Source: Oscillospiraceae bacterium (GTDB taxonomy: Bacteria; Bacillota; Clostridia; Oscillospirales; CAG-272). From it: a DNA stretch of 64,000 bases. Under the pieces are notes generated by a model. The model did no database searches. It saw only the letters and a list, made by a program, of their open reading frames with translations, and was not told the origin of the DNA. The position numbers and the translations under genes are program-made. The stretch covers positions 19,454 through 83,453 of the forward strand of contig SVTJ01000005.1 of assembly GCA_015063845.1 (NCBI GenBank), in the 5' to 3' direction. Position 1 is the stretch's first letter, and the number at the start of each line of letters is the position of its first letter. Positions 63,991 to 64,000 of the stretch are shown piece by piece.

Positions 63991-64000
63991 TATAGGAGAA

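Noticed and set aside
1-64000. A defence island, prophage, toxin-antitoxin pair, retron, DGR or biosynthetic gene cluster hidden among the genes.
   Set aside because: Every ORF with coding signals could be placed in a housekeeping, sporulation, envelope or glycan-use family, or is a lone hypothetical. I saw no reverse transcriptase, nuclease/ATPase pairs, integrase, phage structural genes or template/variable repeat pairs.

Overview
This 64-kb chromosomal segment reads like a spore-forming Clostridia (Firmicutes) genome. That placement is an inference from gene content and Bacillus-like synteny: ytfI-ytfJ-dacB, scpAB, spoVM, yicC-remA-gmk-rpoZ-priA-def-fmt-rsmB-rlmN-...-rsgA-thiN, infC-rpmI-rplT, dprA-topA-trmFO, and rpmG-secE-nusG-rplK-rplA. 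I call about 62 protein genes in seven alternating strand blocks. Bases 1-9,600 look like a glycan-utilisation locus (secreted surface protein, FAD oxidoreductase, GH31, GH2 beta-mannosidase-like). A self-contained cpsC/cpsD/cpsB-type operon follows, and the rest is core housekeeping. I saw no rRNA, tRNA, CRISPR array, transposase or integrase, prophage, or recognisable defence genes. The main thing the gene models do not explain is a modular, mosaic intergenic repeat family at six loci (3841-4466, 7018-7077, 9595-10207, 24329-24583, 33266-33773, 56881-57204). Its modules are variable-number 8-nt tandem arrays that abut stop codons, long perfect hairpins, an embedded intrinsic terminator, GTAG-headed palindrome doublets resembling REP/REPIN elements, and a 208-bp hairpin-rich cassette. 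That cassette occurs twice at about 98.5% identity in opposite orientations, each time next to the same 12-nt sequence. Secondary observations are: a kinase-less PASTA protein in the prkC slot; an unannotated 26-codon spoVM-like ORF at its syntenic position; a degenerate asparagine-synthetase-like gene that interrupts the synteny; a phosphatase/hydrolase fusion; and attenuator-type leaders. All functional calls rest on motifs and synteny recognised by eye. No database search was run.
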